DNA of 64,000 nucleotides, taken from contig JBEPZZ010000003.1 of assembly GCA_041640575.1 (NCBI GenBank), positions 1 to 64,000 of the forward strand. Direction: 5' to 3'. Source of the DNA: Pseudothermotoga sp. (GTDB taxonomy: Bacteria > Thermotogota > Thermotogae > Thermotogales > DSM-5069). The translations under genes were made by a program, and so were the position numbers. The notes under the pieces are model-generated. The model saw nothing but the letters and a program-made list of their open reading frames with translations, made no database searches and was not told the origin of the DNA. Below are positions 30,920-40,826 of the stretch, piece after piece; the first letter of the stretch is position 1, and the number at the start of each line of letters is the position of its first letter.

Positions 30920-32614
30920 GTGAACCCTTTGTCGAGGGAAATTCAATTTGACAAGCAAAAGAGTCAACCGAGGCTTGTCAAGGCGCCACGTGGTAATCAA
31001 TTAACGTGCAAAAGCTGGCAGACAGAAGCAGCGATGCGAATGTTGATGAATAACCTTGATCCAGAGGTTGCTCGAGATCCAATGAATCTTGTGGTATATG
31101 GTGGTAGCGGCAAAGCAGCTAGAAACTGGGAATGTTTTGACAAGATTGTTGAAACTTTGAAGAATCTTGAGTCTGACGAAACCTTACTTGTTCAAAGTGG
31201 AAAACCCGTTGCTGTGTTTAAAACACATGAGTGGGCTCCAAGAGTTCTTATAGCGAACTCACTTTTGGTTCCTAAATGGGCAAACTGGGAATATTTTCGA
31301 GAACTGGAAGAGCGCGGTTTGATAATGTTCGGGCAGATGACGGCAGGAAGCTGGATATATATAGGCACCCAGGGGATACTACAGGGTACTTACGAAACCT
31401 TCCATGCTGCTGCGAAGAAATATTTTGGTGGAACACTGAGGGGCAGGTTCGTCTTAACAGCTGGTCTAGGTGAAATGGGAGGAGCTCAACCTCTAGCTGT
31501 AACTATGAATGATGGGGTTGTACTTGCTGTCGAAGTTGACAAGAGAATGATTGATAGACGTCTGAAGACTGGATATTTGGACACTTGGACTGATAATTTA
31601 GATCAAGCTCTCAAAATGGTCAAAGAGGCTTTGAAACAAGGTAAACCATTGTCGGTTGGTTTGTTAGCCAATGCGGCTGAAGTTCATCCAAAACTTGTTG
31701 AAATGGGTGTGATTCCAGATGTCGTGACGGATCAAACGGCCGCGCACGATCCTTTGAACGGTTATGTTCCAAAAGGTATAAGCTTTGAAGAAGCTTTAGA
31801 ACTGAGAAAAAGAGATCCCGACGAATATTTAAAAATGGTTTATACATCTGTTGTTGATCATGTCAATGCAATTTTAGAGATGAAAAAGCAAGGAGCAAAA
31901 GTCTTTGAATATGGCAATAACATCCGTCGATTAGCCTACGATCATGGTGTAAAGAATGCTTTCGACATACCTGGTTATGTTCCTGAATACATAAGAGACC
32001 TTTTCTGCCAAGGTAAAGGGCCGTTCAGGTGGGTTGCACTTTCTGGTGATCCACAAGATATTTACGAAACTGATAAGAAGGTGTTGGAGCTCTTTCCTGA
32101 GGATGAGCATTTGAAAAAATGGATCGATATGGCTCAGAAAAAAGTCAAATGGCAAGGTTTACCAGCCAGAATTTGCTGGTTGGGTCAAGGTGAACGGGCA
32201 GCAATGGGTCTTGCTATGAATGAAATGGTAAAAAAGGGACAACTTAAAGCCCCAATTGTTATTGGTAGGGATCATCACGATACAGGTTCGGTAGCTTCGC
32301 CTTATCGTGAAACGGAAGCTATGAAAGATGGATCAGACGCCATCGCAGATTGGCCTATCTTAAATGCTCTGCTGAACACTGCAAGTGGAGCTACTTGGGT
32401 TTCTGTTCACCATGGTGGTGGTGTTGGAATAGGTTACTCAATCCACGCCGGTATGGTCGTAGTTGCCGATGGAACTGAGCTAGCAAGGCAAAAGTTGGAA
32501 AGAGTGTTGACGAATGATTCTGGCATAGGTGTGATAAGACATTTAGATGCTGGATACGAGATTGCCTTGGAAACTGCAAAGAAAAAAGGTTTACGATATC
32601 CAATGGCGGAATAA
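30920..32614 (+). CDS. hutU: Urocanate hydratase
   Basis: [44 protein letters not shown] and HHGGGVG.G. Confidence 0.97.
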   Translation: MNPLSREIQFDKQKSQPRLVKAPRGNQLTCKSWQTEAAMRMLMNNLDPEVARDPMNLVVYGGSGKAARNWECFDKIVETLKNLESDETLLVQSGKPVAVFKTHEWAPRVLIANSLLVPKWANWEYFRELEERGLIMFGQMTAGSWIYIGTQGILQGTYETFHAAAKKYFGGTLRGRFVLTAGLGEMGGAQPLAVTMNDGVVLAVEVDKRMIDRRLKTGYLDTWTDNLDQALKMVKEALKQGKPLSVGLLANAAEVHPKLVEMGVIPDVVTDQTAAHDPLNGYVPKGISFEEALELRKRDPDEYLKMVYTSVVDHVNAILEMKKQGAKVFEYGNNIRRLAYDHGVKNAFDIPGYVPEYIRDLFCQGKGPFRWVALSGDPQDIYETDKKVLELFPEDEHLKKWIDMAQKKVKWQGLPARICWLGQGERAAMGLAMNEMVKKGQLKAPIVIGRDHHDTGSVASPYRETEAMKDGSDAIADWPILNALLNTASGATWVSVHHGGGVGIGYSIHAGMVVVADGTELARQKLERVLTNDSGIGVIRHLDAGYEIALETAKKKGLRYPMAE

Positions 32615-32628
32615 TAGGAGGCTCAAAA

Positions 32629-33747
32629 ATGGTTGAAGGCTTGAGAAACTTCTTTGAACAAACAGCTTTTAGTTCTGTAACCTTTGGAAATTTGATAATG
32701 TACTTAGTGGCTCTAGTGCTTCTATATGTTGCGGTGAAAAAAGATGCTGAACCACTGCTGTTAGTGCCAATAGCTTTCGGAATAATTCTTGCAAATATAC
32801 CACCTCATTTGACTGGGATTCTGGATGAAGGCGGATTAATATGGTATTTGAAACAAGGTGTGAGTCGTGGTATTTTTCCACCATTGATTTTCCTTGGAAT
32901 AGGTGCCCTCACTGACTTTTCTTTCATGCTTTCTTATCCAATAACCATATTTCTTGGAGGGGCTGCTCAGATCGGAATTTTTATAAGTTTTATTGTTGCC
33001 AAGACTTTGGGATTTGATCTAAAGCAAGCGGCTTCGATTGGAATCATAGGTGGGGCAGATGGCCCCACTGCCATTTACATCACGACGAAATTTGCCCCAG
33101 AATTGCTATCGGCTATCGCGATAGCTGCTTATTCATACATTGCTTTGATACCAATCCTACAACCTCCTGTGTCAAGGTTGCTTACAACAAAAAAGGAGAG
33201 AATGATAAAAATGCCTCCTCCCAGGCGTGTAACGCGTGTGGAAAGAATAGCCTTCCCTGTTGTTGTGACAATTGTTTCATCTTTTCTCGTGCCTCAGGCG
33301 TTACCTTTGATTGGTATGTTGATGGTTGGAAATTTGTTCAGAGAAGCCGGTAATGTTAAAAGATTGGTAGAAGGAGCAAGCAGATTTATACTTGATTCGG
33401 TAACCATAATATTAATGCTTTGTGTTGGTGCTTCGGCTAGAGCAGAGATTTTCCTTCGTCCACAGAGCTTGATGATATTCGCATTAGGAGCATTTGCGTT
33501 TATATGTTCACTGGCGGGAGGCATATTATTTGCGAAGTTTATGAATCTGTTTTTGAAGCAGAAGATAAACCCATTGATAGGTGCTTCTGGAGTTTCAGCC
33601 GTACCGATGTCAGCAAGAGTTGCGCAAAAAATTGCCAGCGAAGAAGATCCAACAAACTTCATACTTATGCATGCTATGAGTCCAAATGTAGCAGGGGTTA
33701 TTGGCTCTGCTATGGCTGCTGGTGTTTTCCTAGCGTTAATAAAGTGA
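32629..33747 (+). CDS. oadB: Na+-translocating carboxybiotin decarboxylase beta subunit (OadB/GcdB/MmdB family)
   Basis: EPLLL.PI.FG, GAAQ.GIF, IGIIGGADGPTAI, GVSAVPMSAR and HAM.PNVAG.IGSA. The specific decarboxylase cannot be resolved. Confidence 0.92.
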   Translation: MVEGLRNFFEQTAFSSVTFGNLIMYLVALVLLYVAVKKDAEPLLLVPIAFGIILANIPPHLTGILDEGGLIWYLKQGVSRGIFPPLIFLGIGALTDFSFMLSYPITIFLGGAAQIGIFISFIVAKTLGFDLKQAASIGIIGGADGPTAIYITTKFAPELLSAIAIAAYSYIALIPILQPPVSRLLTTKKERMIKMPPPRRVTRVERIAFPVVVTIVSSFLVPQALPLIGMLMVGNLFREAGNVKRLVEGASRFILDSVTIILMLCVGASARAEIFLRPQSLMIFALGAFAFICSLAGGILFAKFMNLFLKQKINPLIGASGVSAVPMSARVAQKIASEEDPTNFILMHAMSPNVAGVIGSAMAAGVFLALIK

Positions 33748-33759
33748 GGAGGAATAAAT

Positions 33760-33987
33760 GTGAAGAAGCAGTTTGAAGTTCTTATAAATTACTCTTGGTG
33801 TAAGAGATGCGGGATATGCTACAGATTTTGTCCAACTAAAACTATAAAGAAGGGTCAACTTCTTGAGCCTGTGGTTGAAGATAGTTCAACATGTATAGGT
33901 TGCCTGATGTGTGAGAATTTATGCCCCGATTTTGCAATTGTAATAACTGAAAAGAATGCTGTTCAGGAGAGTGTTGAAAATGAGTGA
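33760..33987 (+). CDS. korD: 2x[4Fe-4S] ferredoxin, 2-oxoacid:ferredoxin oxidoreductase delta subunit
   Basis: CKRCGICYRFCP and CIGCLMCENLCPDFAI. Its stop overlaps the alpha-subunit start. Confidence 0.85.
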   Translation: MKKQFEVLINYSWCKRCGICYRFCPTKTIKKGQLLEPVVEDSSTCIGCLMCENLCPDFAIVITEKNAVQESVENE

Positions 33988-35140
33988 ACGTGTGCTAATG
34001 CAAGGTAACGAAGCATGTGCCTTAGGTGCCATAAGGGCTGGCTGTAGGTTCTATGCTGGTTATCCAATAACGCCATCTTCTGAGATTGCCGAAACCATGT
34101 CTGAAGAATTACCAAAAGTTGGTGGAATCTTCATACAAATGGAGGATGAAATTGCTAGTGCGGCAGCAATAATTGGAGCTTCTCTTGCCGGAGTTAAGTC
34201 GATGACGGCAACCAGTGGCCCCGGATTCAGTTTGATGCAAGAAGCGCTTGGTTATGCAATAATGACTGAGACTCCCTGTGTTTTTGTAAATGTCATGAGA
34301 GGTGGGCCATCCACCGGGTTGCCGACCCAACCGTCGCAGGGAGATGTAATGCAGGCCAAGTGGGGAACACACGGAGATCATGAAATAATTGCGATATACC
34401 CATGGAGCGTTGGAGAAACCTATAGATTGATAATCGAAGCCTTCAATCTCGCTGAGAAGTATAGAACCCCGGTAATATTCCTTATGGACGAAGTTCTTGG
34501 TCACATGCGTGAGACTTTTGACCTGCCTGATGAAAAAGATTTAAAAGTGATTCCTAGGTTAACAGAAGAGCAAATAGAAGAGGAGGAAATATACGTACCT
34601 TTCTTGGAACAGGACTTTGCAGAACCGACGCCGACACCGCTTGTACAAATGGGAAAAGCTAAGTTTCACGTTTCTGGTTTGGTTCATGATGAGTCTGGGT
34701 TTCCACAAGCTAGTTTTGAGGTCAGTGACAGGCTTGTGAGAAGGCTTTCAAATAAAATAAGAATTCATGCTGACGAAATAGCAATGTATGATGAGTATAT
34801 GACCGAAGATGCAGAAATACTGGTAATTGCATATGGTTCAACAGCTAGAAGCGCAATAAAGGCTGTTAAGATAGCTAGGCAGGACAAGATAAAAGTCGGA
34901 TTCTTCAGGCCGATAACCATGTGGCCTGTGCCTTCTACTAGGCTAAGAAAACTTTTAGGCCAAGTGGAAGGAGTAGTCATAGCCGAAATGAATCTTGGAC
35001 AGTATGCAAAGGAGGTGCTTGCTCTTACTAAAAGAAACTTGAAGGTAAGATTGGTCACCAAAGTGGGTGGGGAGCTTATAACGCCCAAAGAAGTTCTGGA
35101 GGCAATTACATCGCTTCAGGTGGAACTTTCCGAATTCTAA
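33980..35140 (+). CDS. korA: 2-oxoacid:ferredoxin oxidoreductase alpha subunit (KorA-like)
   Basis: GNEA, YPITP, QMEDE, ATSGPG.SLM.E, RGGPSTG.PT and EMN.GQ. The likely start is ATG 33980. Substrate is inferred, not certain. Confidence 0.88.
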   Translation: MSERVLMQGNEACALGAIRAGCRFYAGYPITPSSEIAETMSEELPKVGGIFIQMEDEIASAAAIIGASLAGVKSMTATSGPGFSLMQEALGYAIMTETPCVFVNVMRGGPSTGLPTQPSQGDVMQAKWGTHGDHEIIAIYPWSVGETYRLIIEAFNLAEKYRTPVIFLMDEVLGHMRETFDLPDEKDLKVIPRLTEEQIEEEEIYVPFLEQDFAEPTPTPLVQMGKAKFHVSGLVHDESGFPQASFEVSDRLVRRLSNKIRIHADEIAMYDEYMTEDAEILVIAYGSTARSAIKAVKIARQDKIKVGFFRPITMWPVPSTRLRKLLGQVEGVVIAEMNLGQYAKEVLALTKRNLKVRLVTKVGGELITPKEVLEAITSLQVELSEF

Positions 35141-35158
35141 AAAGCTGGAGGGAACGGT

Positions 35159-35611
35159 ATGACTAATTTGTCTAGCTTGATTTCAATAGCTTTGAAAGTG
35201 GAAGCGGACGGTTTTGTTTTTTACAAAAATCTTTCGGAAAGAGAAAAAGACCAAGAACTGAAGAATTTTTTCTCCCGCTTGGCTGATCAAGAACGAGAAC
35301 ATCAACAAATTTTCAGAACCCTTATTGACAAAGTCGAGCAGAGATCTGGTGGCTTATCTAACTGGATAGAAGAAGAGACTGTTGGATACTTAAGAAGCTT
35401 GGCTGAAGTTTCAATATTTCCAAATCTTCAGAGAATGAAGCAAAACTTATCCCTTAGAGAAGCTCTTGATTTGGCAATCGGTGTTGAGAAAGACAGCATC
35501 ATTTTTTATTCAGAGTTGATACCTTATGCCGCAGATGAAGCCGAAGTAATAAGGAAGATTGTCAGTGAGGAGAAACGTCATCTGTTGGATCTTTTATCCG
35601 TGAATCTTTGA
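35159..35611 (+). CDS. Rubrerythrin/ferritin-like di-iron protein
   Basis: Two E..G..FY / E..H repeats (EADG..FY, EREH; EKDS..FY, EEKRH). Confidence 0.85.
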   Translation: MTNLSSLISIALKVEADGFVFYKNLSEREKDQELKNFFSRLADQEREHQQIFRTLIDKVEQRSGGLSNWIEEETVGYLRSLAEVSIFPNLQRMKQNLSLREALDLAIGVEKDSIIFYSELIPYAADEAEVIRKIVSEEKRHLLDLLSVNL

Positions 35612-36008
35612 CCAAGGCGACTATCTTTGGCTTGAATTTTTTTCTGAAAGCATTATCGTAAAATCTAAGTAAGAGATAATAGCAACTAACTACGATTGCT
35701 GCAAAAAGAAGGCCCCATAAGTCACTGAAAACCCTGCTGGTGAACAAGAGTGAAGCAACAAACAGTATGGTTGGTAATGTGTACAGAAGCAGGGCAGTTT
35801 TCGTACCACTTACGTTGGGTATGTCTATTATTACGTGATCACCTGGTGCGACATTAAAGCCATTTGCATCAGCTTCTATATTCACAAACTGTTTGTCCCC
35901 AGTGCAAAACATATGAGCAGGACAACTTCCGCAAGCTGATGTTCTTTCTTTTTTCACCAGAACTTTTGAATCCTTAACTTGAACTACCACCATCTCTTCA
36001 CGCGCCAT
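35562..36008 (-). CDS. RseC/MucC (SoxR-reducing system) family protein
   Basis: R.SACGSC.....C cysteine motif, GD.V, A.L.Y.LP and two C-terminal TM helices. Confidence 0.8.
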   Translation of the reverse strand: MAREEMVVVQVKDSKVLVKKERTSACGSCPAHMFCTGDKQFVNIEADANGFNVAPGDHVIIDIPNVSGTKTALLLYTLPTILFVASLLFTSRVFSDLWGLLFAAIVVSCYYLLLRFYDNAFRKKFKPKIVALVKDSRIKDPTDDVSPH

Positions 36009-37363
36009 GTTTGCTCTCCCTTCTGCTCCTCGAGTCTTTTTTTAATTGCTCTTCTGAGGTAACTAAACTCACTTCCTCGTGGTCTAGAAGATGGATTTCT
36101 GAAAATATGTGACAAAGCATCCGCCACAAATTCCTTAACTGGTACGTATCGATAGGTCTTGACCTTGACTAGTGACCTTAAAACACCTAATCTTAGGAAC
36201 CCACTGGCGAAGAACATCAACTGTAAACCAACTATCGGGATTTCAAAAACCGTAAAAGATACTGGAGCAAGGAGTTTGGCTATAGTCCCACCAGTAAGTG
36301 CGCCGAGTAATCCTCCCACACCACCAAAAGCTGCGTAAACTGCGAAATATGCTGAAGACGAGCTCTGCGCAACTTCCATCGGTAACGTTAGGAAAGTCAA
36401 ATTTATGGCAGACCAAGCTATTCCAGTCATCACTGCGTCTACAATCATCAAATAACGATAAGTTGACGAATTCATTAAAACCCATATCATTGGGATAAAG
36501 GCAACGATTTGAATACCCAATACTGCTATAGTTTTGTGACCATATTTATCGGACAATTTTCCCCAGACTGCATAGAAAGTCATTGCTACAAGGCTGCTTA
36601 AAATGCTTGTCAATCCGATGTAGGAAAATGGAACATTAACATTTTTTAAGAGATGATATGAAAAAAATGGCGACGTGAATGCGATTACAACGTTCCAAAG
36701 AAAGTAAAAACGACATAATCTCATAAAATTTGAGTCGTGAATAACCATTCTGATTTCTGCACTTGACTCTGAGACTTTGACAGGAACCTCTGGGATTCCT
36801 TTCATCGACCAGTATGAAATAAGCATTCCTATCATTCCTATGCCTATGACAAGTTCATATCCGAGAGGGTCCCCAAACTTTTCTATCAACAGGGTATACA
36901 AATAGAAGAACACCAAACTCGTTATGGAAATATAGATATTCCTCCTCCCAAAGAAACTGCCTCGTTCACTTTCCGGTATCAAGTCTCTTACCAGGGATGT
37001 CCAAACGTTACCAGCGAGCGTGCCAATCATTTGTGAGATCGCAAAAACTGTTACGAAAGCTAATGGGCTTCTTTTTGAAAACGGTAGCAAAATCATCAGA
37101 ATGATCCATGGTGATCTTGAAAGCACATTGAAGAGGTTGACCAAGAAAGAACGTCTCGGTAACCTTTGAACGATTCTTGGAGCGAAAATTTGGAACACTT
37201 GCGCCACCATTGGTAGCGACGCTGTCACACCAATTAGAAACTCATCTAAGCCAAATGCCAATGCAAGTCCAGTGAAAACAGCGCCTTGCGTGAGTAGTAT
37301 GTAGAGCGTCGAGGCAATGCCTTCTAAATTAAGAAGATTTCTTACACCTAAAGAGCTTTTCAT
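35984..37363 (-). CDS. MFS transporter
   Basis: About 12 TM segments with MFS loop motifs IP..ERG.FFG.R and WGKLSDKYGHK. Confidence 0.88.
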   Translation of the reverse strand: MKSSLGVRNLLNLEGIASTLYILLTQGAVFTGLALAFGLDEFLIGVTASLPMVAQVFQIFAPRIVQRLPRRSFLVNLFNVLSRSPWIILMILLPFSKRSPLAFVTVFAISQMIGTLAGNVWTSLVRDLIPESERGSFFGRRNIYISITSLVFFYLYTLLIEKFGDPLGYELVIGIGMIGMLISYWSMKGIPEVPVKVSESSAEIRMVIHDSNFMRLCRFYFLWNVVIAFTSPFFSYHLLKNVNVPFSYIGLTSILSSLVAMTFYAVWGKLSDKYGHKTIAVLGIQIVAFIPMIWVLMNSSTYRYLMIVDAVMTGIAWSAINLTFLTLPMEVAQSSSSAYFAVYAAFGGVGGLLGALTGGTIAKLLAPVSFTVFEIPIVGLQLMFFASGFLRLGVLRSLVKVKTYRYVPVKEFVADALSHIFRNPSSRPRGSEFSYLRRAIKKRLEEQKGEQTWRVKRWW

Positions 37364-38763
37364 CCTTTCACCACACCCAATGGGACGAGTTTTGCAACTT
37401 TCTTTGAGATTCCAAGGTTGTCTACGATTTCCACAACCCTGTCGACATCCTTGTAAGTTTCAGGAGCTTCCTCGACAAGTGTTTTCTTTTCCTTGCTAAC
37501 CACTTCTATTCCCTTTTCATTCAAAGATTGGAGAACATCTTTGTAATTCATGGCCCTCAGGGCAGCCCTTCTACCGAGAACTCGTCCTGCGCCGTGCGCA
37601 GTACTTCCATAGGATAACTGCTCAGCCTTATTTGTCCCAACAAGAACATATGAAGCACTTCCCATACTTCCAGGTATCAAAACCGGTTGGCCAACGGATC
37701 TGTGGATCTCGTTTAATAACGGATTACCGGGGCCAAGAGCGCGGGTTGCTCCCTTTCGATGGATAATCACTTTTCTGCCGCTGTAGGTTTCAACCTTTGC
37801 TATGTTGTGGGCAACATCATACAGCAGGGAAATTTGTGCTGTTGGAAAGATCTTCTTGACAGCTTTGGTTAACATATGACCAATCATTTGTCTATTGGCA
37901 AATGCGTAATTTGCTGCACAATTCATCGCGCTGAAATATTTTTGACCAACTGGGTGATTGAATGAGGCGTTTATGAGTTGCTTGTCAGGAAGGTTTTTGT
38001 TATGGTCTGCCAATTTATCACGCATCAGCTGAATATAATCGGTGGCTATTTGGTGTCCAAAACCTCTGCTACCGCAGTGTACTGAAAATACGACTTGGTT
38101 TTTGAACAAGCCGAAGACTTTCGCTACATTCTCATTGAAAATTTCATCAACCCGTTGAACTTCGATGAAGTGGTTGCCGGCACCAAGAGTACTCAGCTCA
38201 TCGAGTCCTCTCTCGTAAGCTTTATCCGAAACATCCTCTGAATTTGCAGGCCCGACTGTTCCTCCATCCTCAATTCTTCTTAAATCCTCGCTGCTACCAA
38301 AGCCATTTTCGACAGCCCACCTTGCACCAAGCTCACAAACCTTCTTGAGAGTCTTTTTGTCAACCTTTACAGCACCTCTTGCTCCAACGCCGACCGGGAC
38401 TATACTGAAAATCTCTTCAAGCAGTTTTTTCAAAACGGGTTTAACATGTTCGAATGTCAAATCAGTCGTAAGCAATCTAACACCACAGTTGATGTCGAAA
38501 CCTATTCCGCCTGGTGAAATAACACCTTCTTCAGTATCGAAAACCCCAACACCACCTATTGGAAATCCATAACCCCAGTGAATGTCAGGCATTGCTATAG
38601 CTGCAATTATACCGGGCATGAAGGTAACGTTAATTATTTGCTGAAGAGCCTCGCGAAATTCTGGGTTGTCAATTGTCTCTCGATCAGTAAATACTATGGC
38701 ATCCACATTTTTTCCTTTTATTTGAAAGACGAAACGATCGATTTGCTTAACCTCCATAACCAT
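37360..38763 (-). CDS. rtcB: RtcB RNA ligase (3'-phosphate/5'-OH)
   Basis: MPDIH.GYGFPIG, GFDINCG, GNHF.E, HCGSRG, HN, HRKGAT, guanylylated His in HGAGR and EEAP..YK. No intein. The likely start is ATG 38763. Confidence 0.95.
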   Translation of the reverse strand: MVMEVKQIDRFVFQIKGKNVDAIVFTDRETIDNPEFREALQQIINVTFMPGIIAAIAMPDIHWGYGFPIGGVGVFDTEEGVISPGGIGFDINCGVRLLTTDLTFEHVKPVLKKLLEEIFSIVPVGVGARGAVKVDKKTLKKVCELGARWAVENGFGSSEDLRRIEDGGTVGPANSEDVSDKAYERGLDELSTLGAGNHFIEVQRVDEIFNENVAKVFGLFKNQVVFSVHCGSRGFGHQIATDYIQLMRDKLADHNKNLPDKQLINASFNHPVGQKYFSAMNCAANYAFANRQMIGHMLTKAVKKIFPTAQISLLYDVAHNIAKVETYSGRKVIIHRKGATRALGPGNPLLNEIHRSVGQPVLIPGSMGSASYVLVGTNKAEQLSYGSTAHGAGRVLGRRAALRAMNYKDVLQSLNEKGIEVVSKEKKTLVEEAPETYKDVDRVVEIVDNLGISKKVAKLVPLGVVKG

Positions 38764-38855
38764 TCCCTCCAATAACAATTATCCGACTTTTAGCCGCTAA
38801 GTCAACTGAATAAAAACAGGATTTGCATATGGTTGAGGAGGTTTTTGAAGGCGTA

Positions 38856-39974
38856 TTATTCCATTTGCAGAACTTCGGCGTACGTCATCATGAGAGGTCC
38901 AACACCTTTTGGATCATCACTAACTATTTTTTCTGAGAGATAATATTCGTACGAGCCATCTCTGTAACGATTCTCGTATTGTCCCAGACCGGCCACACTG
39001 CATATATTTTCTAATGAGAACTTTCCGTTTTTTCTTACCAAGTATCTACCAACAGTCCCATGGAAGGCTTTTAGACCTAGCAACTTAAATTCCTGGTTAA
39101 GTAATCCAAGTCGATAACCTTTCAGAAAACTGTATGCGAACATTAGTGTTGCCGATGTTTCAAGATAATTTCCTGGACGAATTTGATCGACTACTTGATA
39201 CCACATGCCACTTTCAGAATCTTGATAGCGTTTCAGACCTTCAGCTGCCTCTATGAAGATATCCTTCAGGGTTTCATGATACATTGGCTTGATCATCTCA
39301 TAATCTCTTATAGTATCAAGAACGTCCACCAAAGCCATCATGAACCAACCTTCGGCTCTTGCCCAGAAAGTTTTGGAAAGCCCAGTGATTTTATCCGCCC
39401 AATTCTGAATCTTCGATTCATCATAACCATGATAGTAGAGGCTCTTTTCTTTGCTCCACATGTGTTTTCTTACATTCAGAAACTGGTTTACAACATCGTT
39501 CAAGACTTGTTCAAGGTGTTCAAGGTTTAAAAACTTTTTTGCGTACTTAACGTAAAACGGCATGACCATGTATAGTCCGTCTAACCAAACCTGATTGGGA
39601 TATATTTTTTTGTGCCAGAAATTTCCCATTTTGGTTCTTGGATGGGTCAAAATTTGCTTGTAGAAGAGATCCAAAGCCTTACGATATTTGTCTCTTCCTT
39701 CGAGCTCGTAGAAGTCTATCAGAACACTGGCAGAGCAAATATCATCAAGAGCGTAATTCTCAACTGAATATCCTTTTACAGTTCCAGTTTCGTCTATGAA
39801 TTCATCAAAGTATCTTGTAAGAAAGTTAAAGAACCTTTGTTCGCTTTTTACTCGATAAAGATCCAAACTGCCTTTTAAAATACAACCATCTTCGTAACAC
39901 CAGCGTCCTTTGTATGGTTGGTAAGATGATAAATATTGATCGATGTATCTTTCAATCTTACTGTTCTTTTTCAT
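38856..39974 (-). CDS. yteR: GH105 (GH88/105) unsaturated rhamnogalacturonyl/galacturonyl hydrolase
   Basis: W.YEDG, FWHK..YP.Q.WLDGLYM, YHG.DE, FWARA.GW, NY.ETSA and RDGS..YY.SE. No signal peptide. Confidence 0.9.
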   Translation of the reverse strand: MKKNSKIERYIDQYLSSYQPYKGRWCYEDGCILKGSLDLYRVKSEQRFFNFLTRYFDEFIDETGTVKGYSVENYALDDICSASVLIDFYELEGRDKYRKALDLFYKQILTHPRTKMGNFWHKKIYPNQVWLDGLYMVMPFYVKYAKKFLNLEHLEQVLNDVVNQFLNVRKHMWSKEKSLYYHGYDESKIQNWADKITGLSKTFWARAEGWFMMALVDVLDTIRDYEMIKPMYHETLKDIFIEAAEGLKRYQDSESGMWYQVVDQIRPGNYLETSATLMFAYSFLKGYRLGLLNQEFKLLGLKAFHGTVGRYLVRKNGKFSLENICSVAGLGQYENRYRDGSYEYYLSEKIVSDDPKGVGPLMMTYAEVLQME

Positions 39975-39991
39975 TTATTCAACCCACCATC

Positions 39992-40822
39992 CTATTTCAA
40001 CGCATAAATTGGAACACCATCCATATCGTCAAATTTTTGGTTTTCACCGGCCATGCACCATATAAAGGAGTAATTCCTCGTTCCCACACCGGAATGTATA
40101 GACCAGCTGGGTGAAATAACTGCTTGCTCATTTGCAACAACTATGTGTTTTGTTTCTGAGGGTAATCCGACAAAGTGGAACACGCGATCATCTGGGCCCA
40201 GGTCAAAGTAAAAGTACACCTCAGAACGTCTCTCATGAATGTGTGGAGGCATGGTATTCCAAACTGACCCTGGTTCAAGCATCGTTAAACCCATAACCAA
40301 TTGACAGCTTTTACAGACCGAGGGATGAATGTACTGATAAATTGTTCTCTTATTCGAAGTTAAAAGGTCTCCAAGTTTGACAGGGTTTGCTTTGGCAAAT
40401 TCAATCTTAACAGTCGGATAATGCGTATGTGCTGGAGCAGAACATATGTAGAATTTAGCGGGTTTAGCTGGGTTTTTCGAAAAAAATTCAACCACTTGTG
40501 TCCCCATACCAACATATAATCCATCTTTATTTGTTATTTCATAGTTTATTCCGTCAACCGAGACAATCCCCTCTCCTCCTATATTTATAATTCCAAGCTC
40601 CCTTCTTTCCAGAAAATATGCCGCTTTTAACTCAGCTCCGATGTCAAGCAGTTGTGATTTTTTGACTGGCATTATTCCACCGAAAATAATCCTGTCTGAA
40701 TGCGAATAGACTAAGCGTACTTCATCGTCACCAAAAATTTTCTCAACGAGAAATTTGTCACGCAGCTGGCGTGTATCGTACTTGCAAAAATCTTGTGGGT
40801 GAACTTGATACCTTATTTCCAT
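39992..40822 (-). CDS. kduI: 4-deoxy-L-threo-5-hexosulose-uronate ketol-isomerase
   Basis: YSH.DR, FLERRELG, WNTMP.H.HERR.EVY.YF, SPSWSIHSG and GENQ. The likely start is ATG 40822 after AGGAGG. Confidence 0.95.
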   Translation of the reverse strand: MEIRYQVHPQDFCKYDTRQLRDKFLVEKIFGDDEVRLVYSHSDRIIFGGIMPVKKSQLLDIGAELKAAYFLERRELGIINIGGEGIVSVDGINYEITNKDGLYVGMGTQVVEFFSKNPAKPAKFYICSAPAHTHYPTVKIEFAKANPVKLGDLLTSNKRTIYQYIHPSVCKSCQLVMGLTMLEPGSVWNTMPPHIHERRSEVYFYFDLGPDDRVFHFVGLPSETKHIVVANEQAVISPSWSIHSGVGTRNYSFIWCMAGENQKFDDMDGVPIYALK

Positions 40823-40826
40823 TTTG

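Noticed and set aside
37360..38763. Intein in RtcB
   Set aside because: Length and motif spacing are those of an uninterrupted RtcB.
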